Source: Candidatus Thalassarchaeaceae archaeon (lineage in GTDB: Archaea > Thermoplasmatota > Poseidoniia > Poseidoniales > Thalassarchaeaceae). From it: a DNA stretch of 64,000 nucleotides. Under the pieces are notes generated by a model, which saw only the letters and a program-made list of their open reading frames with translations, ran no database searches and had not been told where the DNA came from. The DNA lies in contig JBJLBO010000004.1 of NCBI GenBank assembly GCA_045568115.1, positions 66,809 through 130,808 of the forward strand, written 5' to 3'. The position numbers and the translations under genes are program-made. Below, one piece after another: positions 10,379-19,613 of the stretch (positions are counted from its first letter, which is position 1; the number at the start of each line of letters is the position of its first letter).

Positions 10379-11905
10379 ATGGATAATGTCATTGTGAATA
10401 TTGACGGCACGTCATTATCCATTGAATCATTAATTGCAATTAGAGATAACATCGCTGAAGTTAGGCTAACTAAAGAAGCAACAATTTCTATGTCTAATTC
10501 ACGAAAAGCTGTCGAGTCAATAATTGAATCAGGAAAAGTAGTTTATGGAATAAATACAGGATTCGGTGCTTTATCTAACGTCACAATTGATCGTGAAAAT
10601 TTAGCCCAATTACAACTGAATTTGATCCGTAGTCATGCTTGTGGAGTAGGGGAAATAATGAAGCCCGAGCATGTATTGATGATGATGACTATTCGAGCTA
10701 ACTCATTAGCTGTTGGAAATTCCGGAATTCGACCAGAAGTTGTTGAAACAATTCTAGCTCTAATTAATGCACGTTGTGCCCCCATAGTTCCTCGAATCGG
10801 CTCTCTTGGGGCTTCTGGCGACCTCGCGCCACTTTCCCATCTCGCCCTTGGCCTAATAGGAGAAAATGAGTTTTTGAAACAAGATGATGGTGGATGGACC
10901 ACAATATCATCAACAGAGGCCTTCCAGTATGCCCAGTCTAAACCAATTTCTCTCGAGGCTAAAGAAGGGCTCTCTCTCATCAATGGGACTAGTCAGATGT
11001 GCACATTCTTGTCTGTAGCAATCCATGAATTAGAATTGTTAACTTTTACTGCAGACTGTGCTGTAGCATGCTCTGTTGAAGCAATAAAAGGCTCACACAA
11101 ACCCTTTGATAAACGAATCCATAATTCAAGACCACATCGCGGGCAAATGATCTCTGCAGCCCGAATCTATTCATTATTGGCTGATTCTGCAATTAATAAA
11201 TCACATGAAAATTGTGATCGGGTTCAAGATGCATATTCACTACGGTGTGCCCCTCAAGTCCATGGGCCAATTATTGATATCCTTCTAAATGCACGAACCA
11301 TGCTCTCAATTGAATTAAATTCGGCAACAGACAACCCACTAATTTTTGTTGATGAAGAAGGGGGTTTCGAAGTAATTAGTGGAGGTAACTTTCACGGAGA
11401 GAATCTCGCAATTACAGCTGATAACCTTGCAGTCTGTGCCCATGAATTAGCATCAATTTCTGAGCGACGAACAAACCTCATTATGTCCCCAAAGTGGAGT
11501 GGTCAGAAAGCATTTTTGAGTAACACAGAGGGATTAGATAGTGGTATGATGATAATTCAATATGTTTCTGCAGCATGTGTTGCTGAATTACATCTCCTAG
11601 CCAACCCCTCATCCACATCAAATATTGCAGTCAGTATGGGTAAAGAAGATCATGTATCGATGGGATCAACGGCTACTCATCGTTTACTTTCTTCATCTGA
11701 GTTATTATCCAAAGTACTTGCTAATGAATTAATATGCTCTTGTGAGGCAATAAATAGAACCGAGCTAAAGCCTGGCGTTGGAGTTTCTAGAATTTTTGGT
11801 TTGATTACCCAGATTGTGCCTCCATTAATTGAAGATAGGTCTCTATCTCAATCTACTGAACTTGTTTCTAAAACAATACTTTCCGGCGGATTATTGTTTT
11901 CTTGA
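10379..11905 (+). CDS. hutH: histidine ammonia-lyase
   Basis: VYGINTGFG, LIRSHACG, MIO-forming GSLGASGDLAPL, QDAYSLRCAPQVHG, GGNFHG, EDHVSMG. Confidence 0.96.
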   Translation: MDNVIVNIDGTSLSIESLIAIRDNIAEVRLTKEATISMSNSRKAVESIIESGKVVYGINTGFGALSNVTIDRENLAQLQLNLIRSHACGVGEIMKPEHVLMMMTIRANSLAVGNSGIRPEVVETILALINARCAPIVPRIGSLGASGDLAPLSHLALGLIGENEFLKQDDGGWTTISSTEAFQYAQSKPISLEAKEGLSLINGTSQMCTFLSVAIHELELLTFTADCAVACSVEAIKGSHKPFDKRIHNSRPHRGQMISAARIYSLLADSAINKSHENCDRVQDAYSLRCAPQVHGPIIDILLNARTMLSIELNSATDNPLIFVDEEGGFEVISGGNFHGENLAITADNLAVCAHELASISERRTNLIMSPKWSGQKAFLSNTEGLDSGMMIIQYVSAACVAELHLLANPSSTSNIAVSMGKEDHVSMGSTATHRLLSSSELLSKVLANELICSCEAINRTELKPGVGVSRIFGLITQIVPPLIEDRSLSQSTELVSKTILSGGLLFS

Positions 11906-11914
11906 GGATTATTT

Positions 11915-12658
11915 ATGCAAGAACGCTTACATCTCAATCATCATCCTGGAACTAATCCTCCTGATTTTTCTACGCGAATAATAGATAAAATTGATGAATC
12001 AATAATTCTTGAATCATCATATTTCTATCCGCGAGGTGGCGGTCAACCAGGCGATATTGGAACGCTTTCAGAAGGGAATGTTTCTGTAGATGTTGGTGAA
12101 GTGTTTGCGAAAGATGTAATCCACCATCCTGTTTCTAATATTGAGATGTTTGAAGTAGATTCCATTATTCAATGTTCTATCGATTCTGAATATAGGAACC
12201 AATTAGCACATATGCATACAACACAACATATTGTTTCAGCTATGGCTGATGAATTATGGGGTGCATCCACTGTTGGAAATCAATTAGGAACTAAAGAATC
12301 TCGTATCGATTTACTGTTTGAGGACAAAACACAATTTAATATGGACCAAATTCAAGATACTGTCAATGAAATTTTGAGGAAGGAAATTCCTGTATTCACA
12401 CATAATTGGACTGCTGATGAAATAATGAATGACGATAGAGTTAGAAATCGTAGTTTCGTTGGTAAAATCCTCGAAAGACTCCCTGAAGATATTACTACTA
12501 TGCGTGTAGTTGATATTCAAGGAATTGATATCTGCCCCTGTGCTGGAACTCATGTTGCAAATATATCAGAACTATCTGAAATTGAAATCGTTCGCATTAA
12601 GCAGAAAGGTTCTGGAAAAATTCGGTTATACACTCAATTGAAAAATGATAACGAATGA
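11915..12658 (+). CDS. alaX: alanyl-tRNA editing protein AlaX-M
   Basis: FYPRGGGQPGD, HTTQH (HxxxH), CAGTH (CxxxH). Confidence 0.9.
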   Translation: MQERLHLNHHPGTNPPDFSTRIIDKIDESIILESSYFYPRGGGQPGDIGTLSEGNVSVDVGEVFAKDVIHHPVSNIEMFEVDSIIQCSIDSEYRNQLAHMHTTQHIVSAMADELWGASTVGNQLGTKESRIDLLFEDKTQFNMDQIQDTVNEILRKEIPVFTHNWTADEIMNDDRVRNRSFVGKILERLPEDITTMRVVDIQGIDICPCAGTHVANISELSEIEIVRIKQKGSGKIRLYTQLKNDNE

Positions 12659-12669
12659 TTTGTATTATC

Positions 12670-12745
12670 TGGTGGGCTCGGCAGGAATTGAACCTGCGAT
12701 CTTCGCCATGTCAAGGCGACGTCATAACCCCTAGACCACGAGCCC
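12670..12745 (-). tRNA. tRNA-Val(GAC), CCA encoded
   Basis: Reverse complement GGGCTCGTGGTCTAGGGGTTATGACGTCGCCTTGACATGGCGAAGATCGCAGGTTCAATTCCTGCCGAGCCCACCA; cloverleaf, anticodon arm TCGCC-TT-GAC-AT-GGCGA, GTTCAAT T-loop. Confidence 0.97.
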
Positions 12746-12804
12746 AGAACAAAGTTAGGCGGCACCATCTCCCAAATGAAGGATTCTCTCCTCTATGTAC
12801 AATG

Positions 12805-12960
12805 TCACGAGAGGATCTTGGATATTTTAGCCACACATCCTAATTGACTACAAGCTCCTGAAACACGAGTTCTGCCATTCTCCATTATTATGAGTTTAGC
12901 GTTATCTACTTCCACTACCTTCTTACAGCTCATACAATAACCGGAATATGACTCTGCCAT
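12805..12960 (-). CDS. 51-aa Zn-ribbon small protein, DUF5679-like (not in ORF track)
   Basis: Hand translation MAESYSGYCMSCKKVVEVDNAKLIIMENGRTRVSGACSQLGCVAKISKILS*; YCxxCK...NGR...GxC...C pattern. Confidence 0.75.
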   Translation of the reverse strand: MAESYSGYCMSCKKVVEVDNAKLIIMENGRTRVSGACSQLGCVAKISKILS

Positions 12961-13221
12961 AATTACTCTAAGGAGTCATTACATTTCAATTCACTCAATC
13001 AGGGGTAATTTAATTAAAATAAGTAAAAATTACAAAAGTGTGACACTGAGAGGCTGATTTAGATTCACTACCAATTGCTAATTCTGATAATCATCGTTAT
13101 CGGCATAGAGAGCATTGGTAAATTGGCCTTGATAGAATTAGAAATTGCTAATGAGCATTTTGTAATATCGTAAAGTATGTTATGTTTGATTCTTTAGACT
13201 TATATTAAAATAAATAATTTA

Positions 13222-14514
13222 TTATGGTTTTACAGTAATGCCTTTCGAAATAGTTTTCACAACTGGATTGTCTCCGGGGTATTGGCACCAGCCATCTATT
13301 TCTTTTGAGTTGATAATCAATAAATCGGCAGGTCCGCCGACTCTGATAGAGCCGGAGATATGATTGTCATCTTTCTTGAACAGAGTTGATGCAGGATTTC
13401 TCGTTACTGCGATTAATGCTTCAAGTGGGTCTAATCCCAACCTATGAGTTGCGAGACTCCCGACAAATGGGATTGATAGTGAATTATAATTAGGGTTGAA
13501 ATCGGTTGCAAGAGAGAATGCCCAATTATTATCGATACATTTCCTCAGGGGTAAATTCAATTCTTTCCCAAGAATGTATGGAGTCCCTGGGAGGAAGGTT
13601 TGCATACATCCTGCAGTATTTGCCATCGAACGAGCCTCATCAGAGGAATATCCCGCATGATCACCACTGACACAACCTAATTCTGCTGCAAGCGCTAAAC
13701 CACCTGAGTCTACAAACTCATCAACATGAATTCTAGAGGGAAGGTTAGATTTAGAAGCAGCTCGGACAATTTCTTCTGTTTGTTCGAGATTATACCACCC
13801 AGGCTCACAAAACACATCAGCCCATTTTGCTATACCTTGAGAAATAACTTTGGGTAGTTGATTTGTAAGCAAATCCTCGAAGTATGATTCCTTAGATTGG
13901 TCAAAGGGGAAATCATGCGCACCTAACCAAGTGGGGTGAAGATCCATGGTTGATTGATTGTTTAATTGGCCGATTACCGACAACATAAGTAATTCAGATT
14001 CAGTAGATAACCCATAACCACTCTTACATTCCATGGTAGTTGTTCCAAAATTTAATGCGCGTAAAAGACGATCTTTACCCAATAGAGACAATCTTAGTTC
14101 TGATGCGGTTCGCGTTGCCTTTACTGTTTTTGAGATGCCACCACCCATATTTGCAATATCTTTGTATGAATGCCCTAAATTACGTAATTGCATCTCATTA
14201 GACCTATCTCCATCCCAAAGTAAGTGCGTATGACAGTCAACAAAACCAGGAATCATTGCAAATCCTTCGCAATCAGTAATTTCAATAGAATTGGAAATTG
14301 ACTCTTTTCCAAATTCCGAACACAATTTTGAAGAATCATCAATTGAGATGATTTTATCGTTTTCAATTAATACGGCCAATCCTGAATTGTGTACAAGTGA
14401 CTCTCTATCGTTCATTTTAGAACCACTAAGTGGTAAATTTATGTCACCAGCAGATAGATGAGCAATAGGTCCAATATTGTATAACAGGTGTCGCACTGTA
14501 CCACTTGAACACAT
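13222..14514 (-). CDS. hutI: imidazolonepropionase
   Basis: PGFVDCHTH, GGGISKTV, ECKSGYGL, DVFCEPG, IHVDE, ATDFNP. Confidence 0.93.
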   Translation of the reverse strand: MCSSGTVRHLLYNIGPIAHLSAGDINLPLSGSKMNDRESLVHNSGLAVLIENDKIISIDDSSKLCSEFGKESISNSIEITDCEGFAMIPGFVDCHTHLLWDGDRSNEMQLRNLGHSYKDIANMGGGISKTVKATRTASELRLSLLGKDRLLRALNFGTTTMECKSGYGLSTESELLMLSVIGQLNNQSTMDLHPTWLGAHDFPFDQSKESYFEDLLTNQLPKVISQGIAKWADVFCEPGWYNLEQTEEIVRAASKSNLPSRIHVDEFVDSGGLALAAELGCVSGDHAGYSSDEARSMANTAGCMQTFLPGTPYILGKELNLPLRKCIDNNWAFSLATDFNPNYNSLSIPFVGSLATHRLGLDPLEALIAVTRNPASTLFKKDDNHISGSIRVGGPADLLIINSKEIDGWCQYPGDNPVVKTISKGITVKP

Positions 14515-14546
14515 CACTTGATATGTACTCTATCATTCACAAATGT

Positions 14547-15557
14547 GTGGAAAACGTAATTGTGGGGGTCGAAAGTACCGCGCATACCCTATCTTTTGGC
14601 CTTGTTGAGATGAATGGTAGAGCTCACCCCTCAAAATCATCATTATTTCGCCCGGAAGAGGGGGGCATTCACCCTCGTGAGGCCGCAGATCACCATTCAG
14701 AAGTAGCAGCGGGTTTGCTTTCTTCATTGGTAAATGAATACAAATTGAACTCGAATAATATTTCAGCTATTGCATTTAGCCAGGGTCCTGGTTTGGGCCC
14801 CTGTTTACGTGTGGGAGCTACTGTCGCTCGGGCCATGTCAATTGATTGGGAAGTTCCCTTAGTGGGTGTGAATCATTGTGTTGCTCACATTGAAATCGGA
14901 CGTAGCCAGACGGGGTGCAAAGATCCCGTATTATTGTACGTAAGTGGCGGAAATACACAAGTAATTGCGCGAGCAGGTGATAGATACCAAGTCATTGGTG
15001 AAACTCTAGATATTGGTATAGGGAATATGTTAGATAAATTTGCACGTATGCAAGGAATTCCTTTTCCTGGTGGCCCGAAAATCGAATTATTAGCTAAGGA
15101 ATGGAAAGATAACAATCCAAATGCAAATCTTGAAGAAATTTCACTCCCATATAGTGTACAAGGGATGGATTTGAATTTTTCAGGAATTTTAAATGCTGCA
15201 CAAACAAGAATTAACGAGGGGAAAGATCTAGGTGCAGTTTGTTGGTCCATCCAAGAACATGCATTTGCAGCATGTGTGGAAGTTGCTGAAAGAGCATTGG
15301 CGCATACTGGAAAGAAGGAATTACTACTTGGTGGCGGAGTTGCATGTAATGAACGATTAAGGCAAATGTGTGAAGTCATGTCTGAGGAAAGAGAATGCAT
15401 TGCTTTCTGGCCCGAAAAGAAATATTGTGTAGATAATGGAACTATGATTGCTGAATTAGGAAGGAGAATGATTCAATCTGAATTAAGCACTGAAATAAAA
15501 AATAGTTCGATAAATCCATCATTGAGAACAGACCATACAACCATCATTTGGGAATAG
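14547..15557 (+). CDS. kae1: KEOPS t6A threonylcarbamoyltransferase Kae1 (stand-alone, no Bud32 fusion)
   Basis: GVESTAHT, GGIHPREAADHH, GPGLGPCL, VNHCVAHIE, VSGGNTQ, GGVACN, DNGTMIA; likely GTG start at 14547. Confidence 0.95.
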   Translation: MENVIVGVESTAHTLSFGLVEMNGRAHPSKSSLFRPEEGGIHPREAADHHSEVAAGLLSSLVNEYKLNSNNISAIAFSQGPGLGPCLRVGATVARAMSIDWEVPLVGVNHCVAHIEIGRSQTGCKDPVLLYVSGGNTQVIARAGDRYQVIGETLDIGIGNMLDKFARMQGIPFPGGPKIELLAKEWKDNNPNANLEEISLPYSVQGMDLNFSGILNAAQTRINEGKDLGAVCWSIQEHAFAACVEVAERALAHTGKKELLLGGGVACNERLRQMCEVMSEERECIAFWPEKKYCVDNGTMIAELGRRMIQSELSTEIKNSSINPSLRTDHTTIIWE

Positions 15558-15618
15558 TTAACTTCTGCGAAGCCTTATGTGAAGGTGTTAGGGCGAAAGG
15601 ACAGAGAGGGGCTAAGAA

Positions 15619-16389
15619 GTGCAGAGGAGGAGGAAACCTAAGAACGAGCCGAGGAATATCTTCGACAAGGGCTCTGGTTCCAAAGCACCACGTTCTCCAA
15701 AATCAAAACCTAGAGATCCCCCTCCTCGTCAAAGGCCACAGCCTCGAGCTTCGGTCCCACAACCTAAACCTGTTTCTAAATTATCACCGAAAGGTACTGA
15801 ACCGGTAAAAACTACAAAAGCTCCTATTCTTGAAGAAAAGAAAGAAGATACCGAAGAAGAAATTGAAACTCTCGTTGAAGAACAATTACTTGGTACTTCA
15901 AGTCGAAAAACTAGAGGGTTACAACCAATCTCCAAAAAGGAAGATGAAGGTACAGAAAAAACCGATGAGAGTCGGGCAAGTTCTAGAGCAATTGAAATAA
16001 TTAATGCGACAAAAGTAAGAGCCGCTGAAACGATGAAGAATGAAAAAATAAGTTCAATTCAGAGAAAAAGTAAGGCTGCTGCACCTGTTGTGACTCGAAA
16101 AAGACGACCGAGAATTAAACCGAGTTTTCAACCCGCTAATCGAGAAAAGCGTCTTGATAGATCAAGGCATATGGAATACAAATATGAAATGCGTGGGTTG
16201 CTTGCTGAAATTAATGTTGGAGAAGAGTTTCGTTCCTCATTATTAGGTACTATTTGGGCTAAAGGTGAGCGAAAAAATTCCAATGAAGCGTGTGTATTTA
16301 TCCAAGAAAAAATGAATGAGGGCATTCTTGATGAAGAACAGGCTGAAAAATTGACTCGTATAGTTAACAACTATACAATTAGAAGATGA
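15619..16389 (+). CDS. hypothetical protein with basic/low-complexity N-terminus and helical C-terminal domain
   Basis: 256-aa ORF filling the gap between kae1 and mcm; no recognisable motif. Confidence 0.65.
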   Translation: MQRRRKPKNEPRNIFDKGSGSKAPRSPKSKPRDPPPRQRPQPRASVPQPKPVSKLSPKGTEPVKTTKAPILEEKKEDTEEEIETLVEEQLLGTSSRKTRGLQPISKKEDEGTEKTDESRASSRAIEIINATKVRAAETMKNEKISSIQRKSKAAAPVVTRKRRPRIKPSFQPANREKRLDRSRHMEYKYEMRGLLAEINVGEEFRSSLLGTIWAKGERKNSNEACVFIQEKMNEGILDEEQAEKLTRIVNNYTIRR

Positions 16390-16444
16390 ATTCAGTTTGC
16401 AAAAACACATAGTTCATCGCCCCCTCTCCCTTCTAACGGTTTAG

Positions 16445-18037
16445 ATGGATGCACCGCGAGTGGAGGATGGCCTACATACTGGGCGCAGTAAACACCCTAG
16501 TGAATCCACACTAAATCGGTTAGAAACACCTGTAATTGAGTCAGGTGATCCTGGTTCTCCGCCTTTTACAAGAGGAATATATTCAGGTATGTATTTGGAT
16601 AAATTATGGACAATGAGACAATATGCAGGATTCTCTGACACCAAATCAACCAACCAACGCTTTCAGATGATGCTCGGTCAAGGTCAATCAGGCCTTTCTG
16701 TAGCCTTTGATTTACCAACACAACTGGGATTAGACTCAGATGATGAACTATCCAATGGAGAAGTCGGGAAAGTTGGTGTGCCAATCGACACAATTCACGA
16801 CATGCGAGCCCTATTCAATGGAATAAAATTAGACGAGGTTTCTACTTCGATGACTATCAATGCCCCAGCGACTTCAATTTTTGCAATGTACGTGGCTCTA
16901 GCCGACGAACAAGGAATAGCTAGAGAACAATTAAGAGGAACGGTGCAGAATGACATTTTGAAGGAATATATTGCTAGAGGGCTATACATTTTTCCGCCAT
17001 CGCAATCACTAAGATTAACAACTGACTTAATGAATTGGTGCGCCAATAATGCACCTAAATGGAATACTATTTCAGTTAGTGGATATCATATGAGAGAAGC
17101 CGGGTGCACAGCAACACAAGAGATCGGTTTTACTTTATCAAATGGGATCCAATACATCGATTCGGCTATTTCTTCAGGGTTGGAAATAGATGATTTCGCA
17201 CCCCGAATGTCATTCTTCTTCGGCTGCCACAACGATTTTTTCGAAGAGATTGCTAAGTTTCGAGCTGCTAGGACACTTTGGCACGATATTGTTACCGAAC
17301 GTTACTCGCCTAATAACCCAAAATCTACAATGTTGAGATTTCACACACAAACAGCTGGAGTTACTCTTACTGCGCAACAACCACTGAATAATTCAGTCAG
17401 AGTTGCCTATCAAGCCCTAGCCTCTGTTTTAGGTGGGACACAGAGCCTTCACACCAACTCTTTTGATGAAGCAATCGGGTTACCTACAGAAAATTCAGCT
17501 CAACTAGCTCTACGCACTCAACAAATAATCGCTAATGAGACGAGAGTTACCGAATCTGTGGATCCACTTGCGGGTTCATATTTAATCGAAGAATTGACTT
17601 CAAAGTTATACCATGGTGCTAAACATATCATTGACAATTTAGATACAAAAGGCGGTGCTCTTAACTGTGTCATTTCTGGCCTTCAACAAAGAGAGATTCA
17701 CGACAGTGCATGGTTGCAACTGAAGGCTATCGAAAATGTAAAAACGAAAGTCGTCGGCATAAACGTTCACAATGTTGAGGAAGAAAATACTCTATCTGCC
17801 CAGAGTATTAACCCGGAGAGTGTAAAAAATATTTTGCATGATTTAGAACTAATTAAGCAAAAAAGGAATGAGGAAGATGTGATAAAATCATTAGAACATC
17901 TTCTTGATGTTGCCAAATCTGAAAGCAATGTAATGGAAGCGATGATTGATGCATACAAATGTGAAGCGACTTTGGGTGAAGTTAATTCTGTTTTAAGAGA
18001 AGTATTCGGGACATGGATATCCCCTAGTGGTGTTTGA
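16445..18037 (+). CDS. mcmA: methylmalonyl-CoA mutase, catalytic (large) subunit
   Basis: WTMRQYAGF, GLSVAFDLPTQ, SMTINAPA, GTVQNDILKEY, GGTQSLHTNSFDEA; no fused B12-binding domain. Confidence 0.93.
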   Translation: MDAPRVEDGLHTGRSKHPSESTLNRLETPVIESGDPGSPPFTRGIYSGMYLDKLWTMRQYAGFSDTKSTNQRFQMMLGQGQSGLSVAFDLPTQLGLDSDDELSNGEVGKVGVPIDTIHDMRALFNGIKLDEVSTSMTINAPATSIFAMYVALADEQGIAREQLRGTVQNDILKEYIARGLYIFPPSQSLRLTTDLMNWCANNAPKWNTISVSGYHMREAGCTATQEIGFTLSNGIQYIDSAISSGLEIDDFAPRMSFFFGCHNDFFEEIAKFRAARTLWHDIVTERYSPNNPKSTMLRFHTQTAGVTLTAQQPLNNSVRVAYQALASVLGGTQSLHTNSFDEAIGLPTENSAQLALRTQQIIANETRVTESVDPLAGSYLIEELTSKLYHGAKHIIDNLDTKGGALNCVISGLQQREIHDSAWLQLKAIENVKTKVVGINVHNVEEENTLSAQSINPESVKNILHDLELIKQKRNEEDVIKSLEHLLDVAKSESNVMEAMIDAYKCEATLGEVNSVLREVFGTWISPSGV

Positions 18038-18038
18038 A

Positions 18039-18458
18039 ATGGATTCAGGAAATATTGACCACGTTGGAATTGCAACAAATGATTTAGATTCAAATTCGAG
18101 TTTATGGACACTATTGGGCTTCAAACACACTAATGATGAAGTGAATTCAGAACAAGGTGTAAAAATAAGATTTTTTGAATCACAGAATGGAGGCAGGAAC
18201 CAAACAAGAATTGAATTATTAGAGCCATTAAATGAAGAATCACCCATCTATCGATTTATTCAGAAAAAAGGAGAAGGTATTCAACAAATTGCAATATCTG
18301 TAAATGATATCGAAAAAACGATTGAAAAATTGAAAAAAGAGGGTATTCAAATGATCAATGAAGAAGCTGTAGATGGCTCCTCTGGGTCTCGGATAGCGTT
18401 CATTCACCCCAAATCAGCAGGTGGAGTTTTGATTGAACTAGTTGAACACACAGATTAA
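18039..18458 (+). CDS. mce: methylmalonyl-CoA epimerase
   Basis: IDHVGIA, IELLEP, GEGIQQIA, FIHPKSAGGVLIELVE; adjacent to the mutase. Confidence 0.93.
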   Translation: MDSGNIDHVGIATNDLDSNSSLWTLLGFKHTNDEVNSEQGVKIRFFESQNGGRNQTRIELLEPLNEESPIYRFIQKKGEGIQQIAISVNDIEKTIEKLKKEGIQMINEEAVDGSSGSRIAFIHPKSAGGVLIELVEHTD

Positions 18459-18499
18459 ACAAAGATAATTATGAAAAAGGGTTGCCATTAGGCGGCATC

Positions 18500-18790
18500 A
18501 TGATTTCATCTATCAACCGTAAATTGGACACCAATTCGTTAACAAAAGCAGATGTTGACATGGCTGCTGATGAAATTTCAGAGACGCTAGCTAACCTACG
18601 TTCTGCTGGCGAAGTATCTAATGATGCATTTCTTGAAGCTGGAATTATTCAAGGAGGACTCAATGTCCTTTCTAACATGATAGAACAAGGCTGCTCTAAT
18701 GATGAATTATCAAGCCATTTACAACAACTTACTGCTAGAAAAGACAGGATTTGTAGTGCATATCCAGAACTTGAAGAAATTATTTCGTAA
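18500..18790 (+). CDS. hypothetical helical protein
   Basis: About 96-aa ORF colinear with neighbours; no motif recognised. Confidence 0.6.
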   Translation: MISSINRKLDTNSLTKADVDMAADEISETLANLRSAGEVSNDAFLEAGIIQGGLNVLSNMIEQGCSNDELSSHLQQLTARKDRICSAYPELEEIIS

Positions 18791-18796
18791 TCGCAT

Positions 18797-18816
18797 AGTA
18801 TTACTATAGTAATACT
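18797..18816. promoter_or_regulatory. perfect 20-bp palindrome, candidate operator for the downstream RHH protein
   Basis: AGTATTACTATAGTAATACT equals its own reverse complement; ends 27 nt before the RHH ATG, at the expected BRE/TATA position; extra TAATAC half-site at 18821-18826. Confidence 0.7.
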
Positions 18817-18843
18817 CTAATAATACAGACGCCTCGGGATTTC

Positions 18844-19026
18844 ATGGCGAAAATTAGTTTGGATATGCCAGACCAACTTTTGGAAGACCTTAGATTGCAT
18901 GTAGGTGATGCGAAAAAATTCGTTTCAGTGGCCGATGCTGTTCGAACCGCTTGCCGAAAAATGTTAGATCAATTAGACGAAATTGACTACAGGCATGGCA
19001 GAGGAATTAGAGGTGATGGAGAATGA
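18844..19026 (+). CDS. CopG/MetJ-like ribbon-helix-helix transcription factor
   Basis: MAKISLDMPDQLLEDL...FVSVADAVRTACR (beta strand + two helices); ATGA overlap with folE. Confidence 0.8.
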   Translation: MAKISLDMPDQLLEDLRLHVGDAKKFVSVADAVRTACRKMLDQLDEIDYRHGRGIRGDGE

Positions 19027-19604
19027 CTGTTTCTACCGAAGAAGCTGAAAATGCTGTTAAGGTAATTCTCGAATATATCGAGAATGGGGGTAGTGGAAGA
19101 GAAGGGCTCAAGGATACTCCAGAAAGAGTGGTGTCATCCTGGAATGAGCTATTTGCAGGATATGATTTGAAAGCCGCCGAAGTTCTTGATTCAACATTCA
19201 ATGCAGAAGGCTATGATGGTATAGTTTTACTACGTGATATCGAGTTCCATAGCACCTGTGAACATCACCTTCAACCATTCAAAGGAAGAGCCCATGTAGC
19301 ATACATCCCTACTGAAAGGATTGTTGGCATTAGTAAACTAGCACGAATAGTAGATTTACATGCAAGAAAATTGCAAAATCAAGAGAGAATTACCAAAGGC
19401 ATAGCCGATGATTTAGAAGAAAACTTACAGCCTCTTGGTGCCGCAGTAATCATTGAAGCATCACACGGATGTATGCAGTGTAGAGGAGTGAAGAAACAAA
19501 ACAGTATCATGACTACTTCTGCAATGCGTGGTGTGTTTTTCGATAAAAGTGAAGCACGTACAGAATTGATGCAATTGATTCGCAGTTCTCCTTTATCCAG
19601 TTGA
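19023..19604 (+). CDS. folE: GTP cyclohydrolase I (type IA)
   Basis: REGLKDTPERV, STCEHHLQPF, GISKLAR, LQNQER, HGCMQCRGV. Confidence 0.95.
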   Translation: MTVSTEEAENAVKVILEYIENGGSGREGLKDTPERVVSSWNELFAGYDLKAAEVLDSTFNAEGYDGIVLLRDIEFHSTCEHHLQPFKGRAHVAYIPTERIVGISKLARIVDLHARKLQNQERITKGIADDLEENLQPLGAAVIIEASHGCMQCRGVKKQNSIMTTSAMRGVFFDKSEARTELMQLIRSSPLSS

Positions 19605-19613
19605 GGTGGTTTA

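Noticed and set aside
12655..12843. 62-aa plus-strand ORF (WWARQELNLRSSPCQ)
   Set aside because: This is the typical antisense translation of a tRNA gene
12670..13221. tRNA-Val as an integration site for a mobile element
   Set aside because: No integrase and no duplicated tRNA 3' end (att) was found in the window
14885..15400. Long antisense ORFs (e.g. 14885-15400, 51210-51725, 54832-55395, 30049-30483)
   Set aside because: They lie fully opposite well-supported genes and have no motifs; they are codon-bias shadows
18844..19026. RHH protein as NikR controlling sodN
   Set aside because: It is only 60 aa and lacks the C-terminal Ni-binding domain; no copy of the palindrome was seen upstream of sodN
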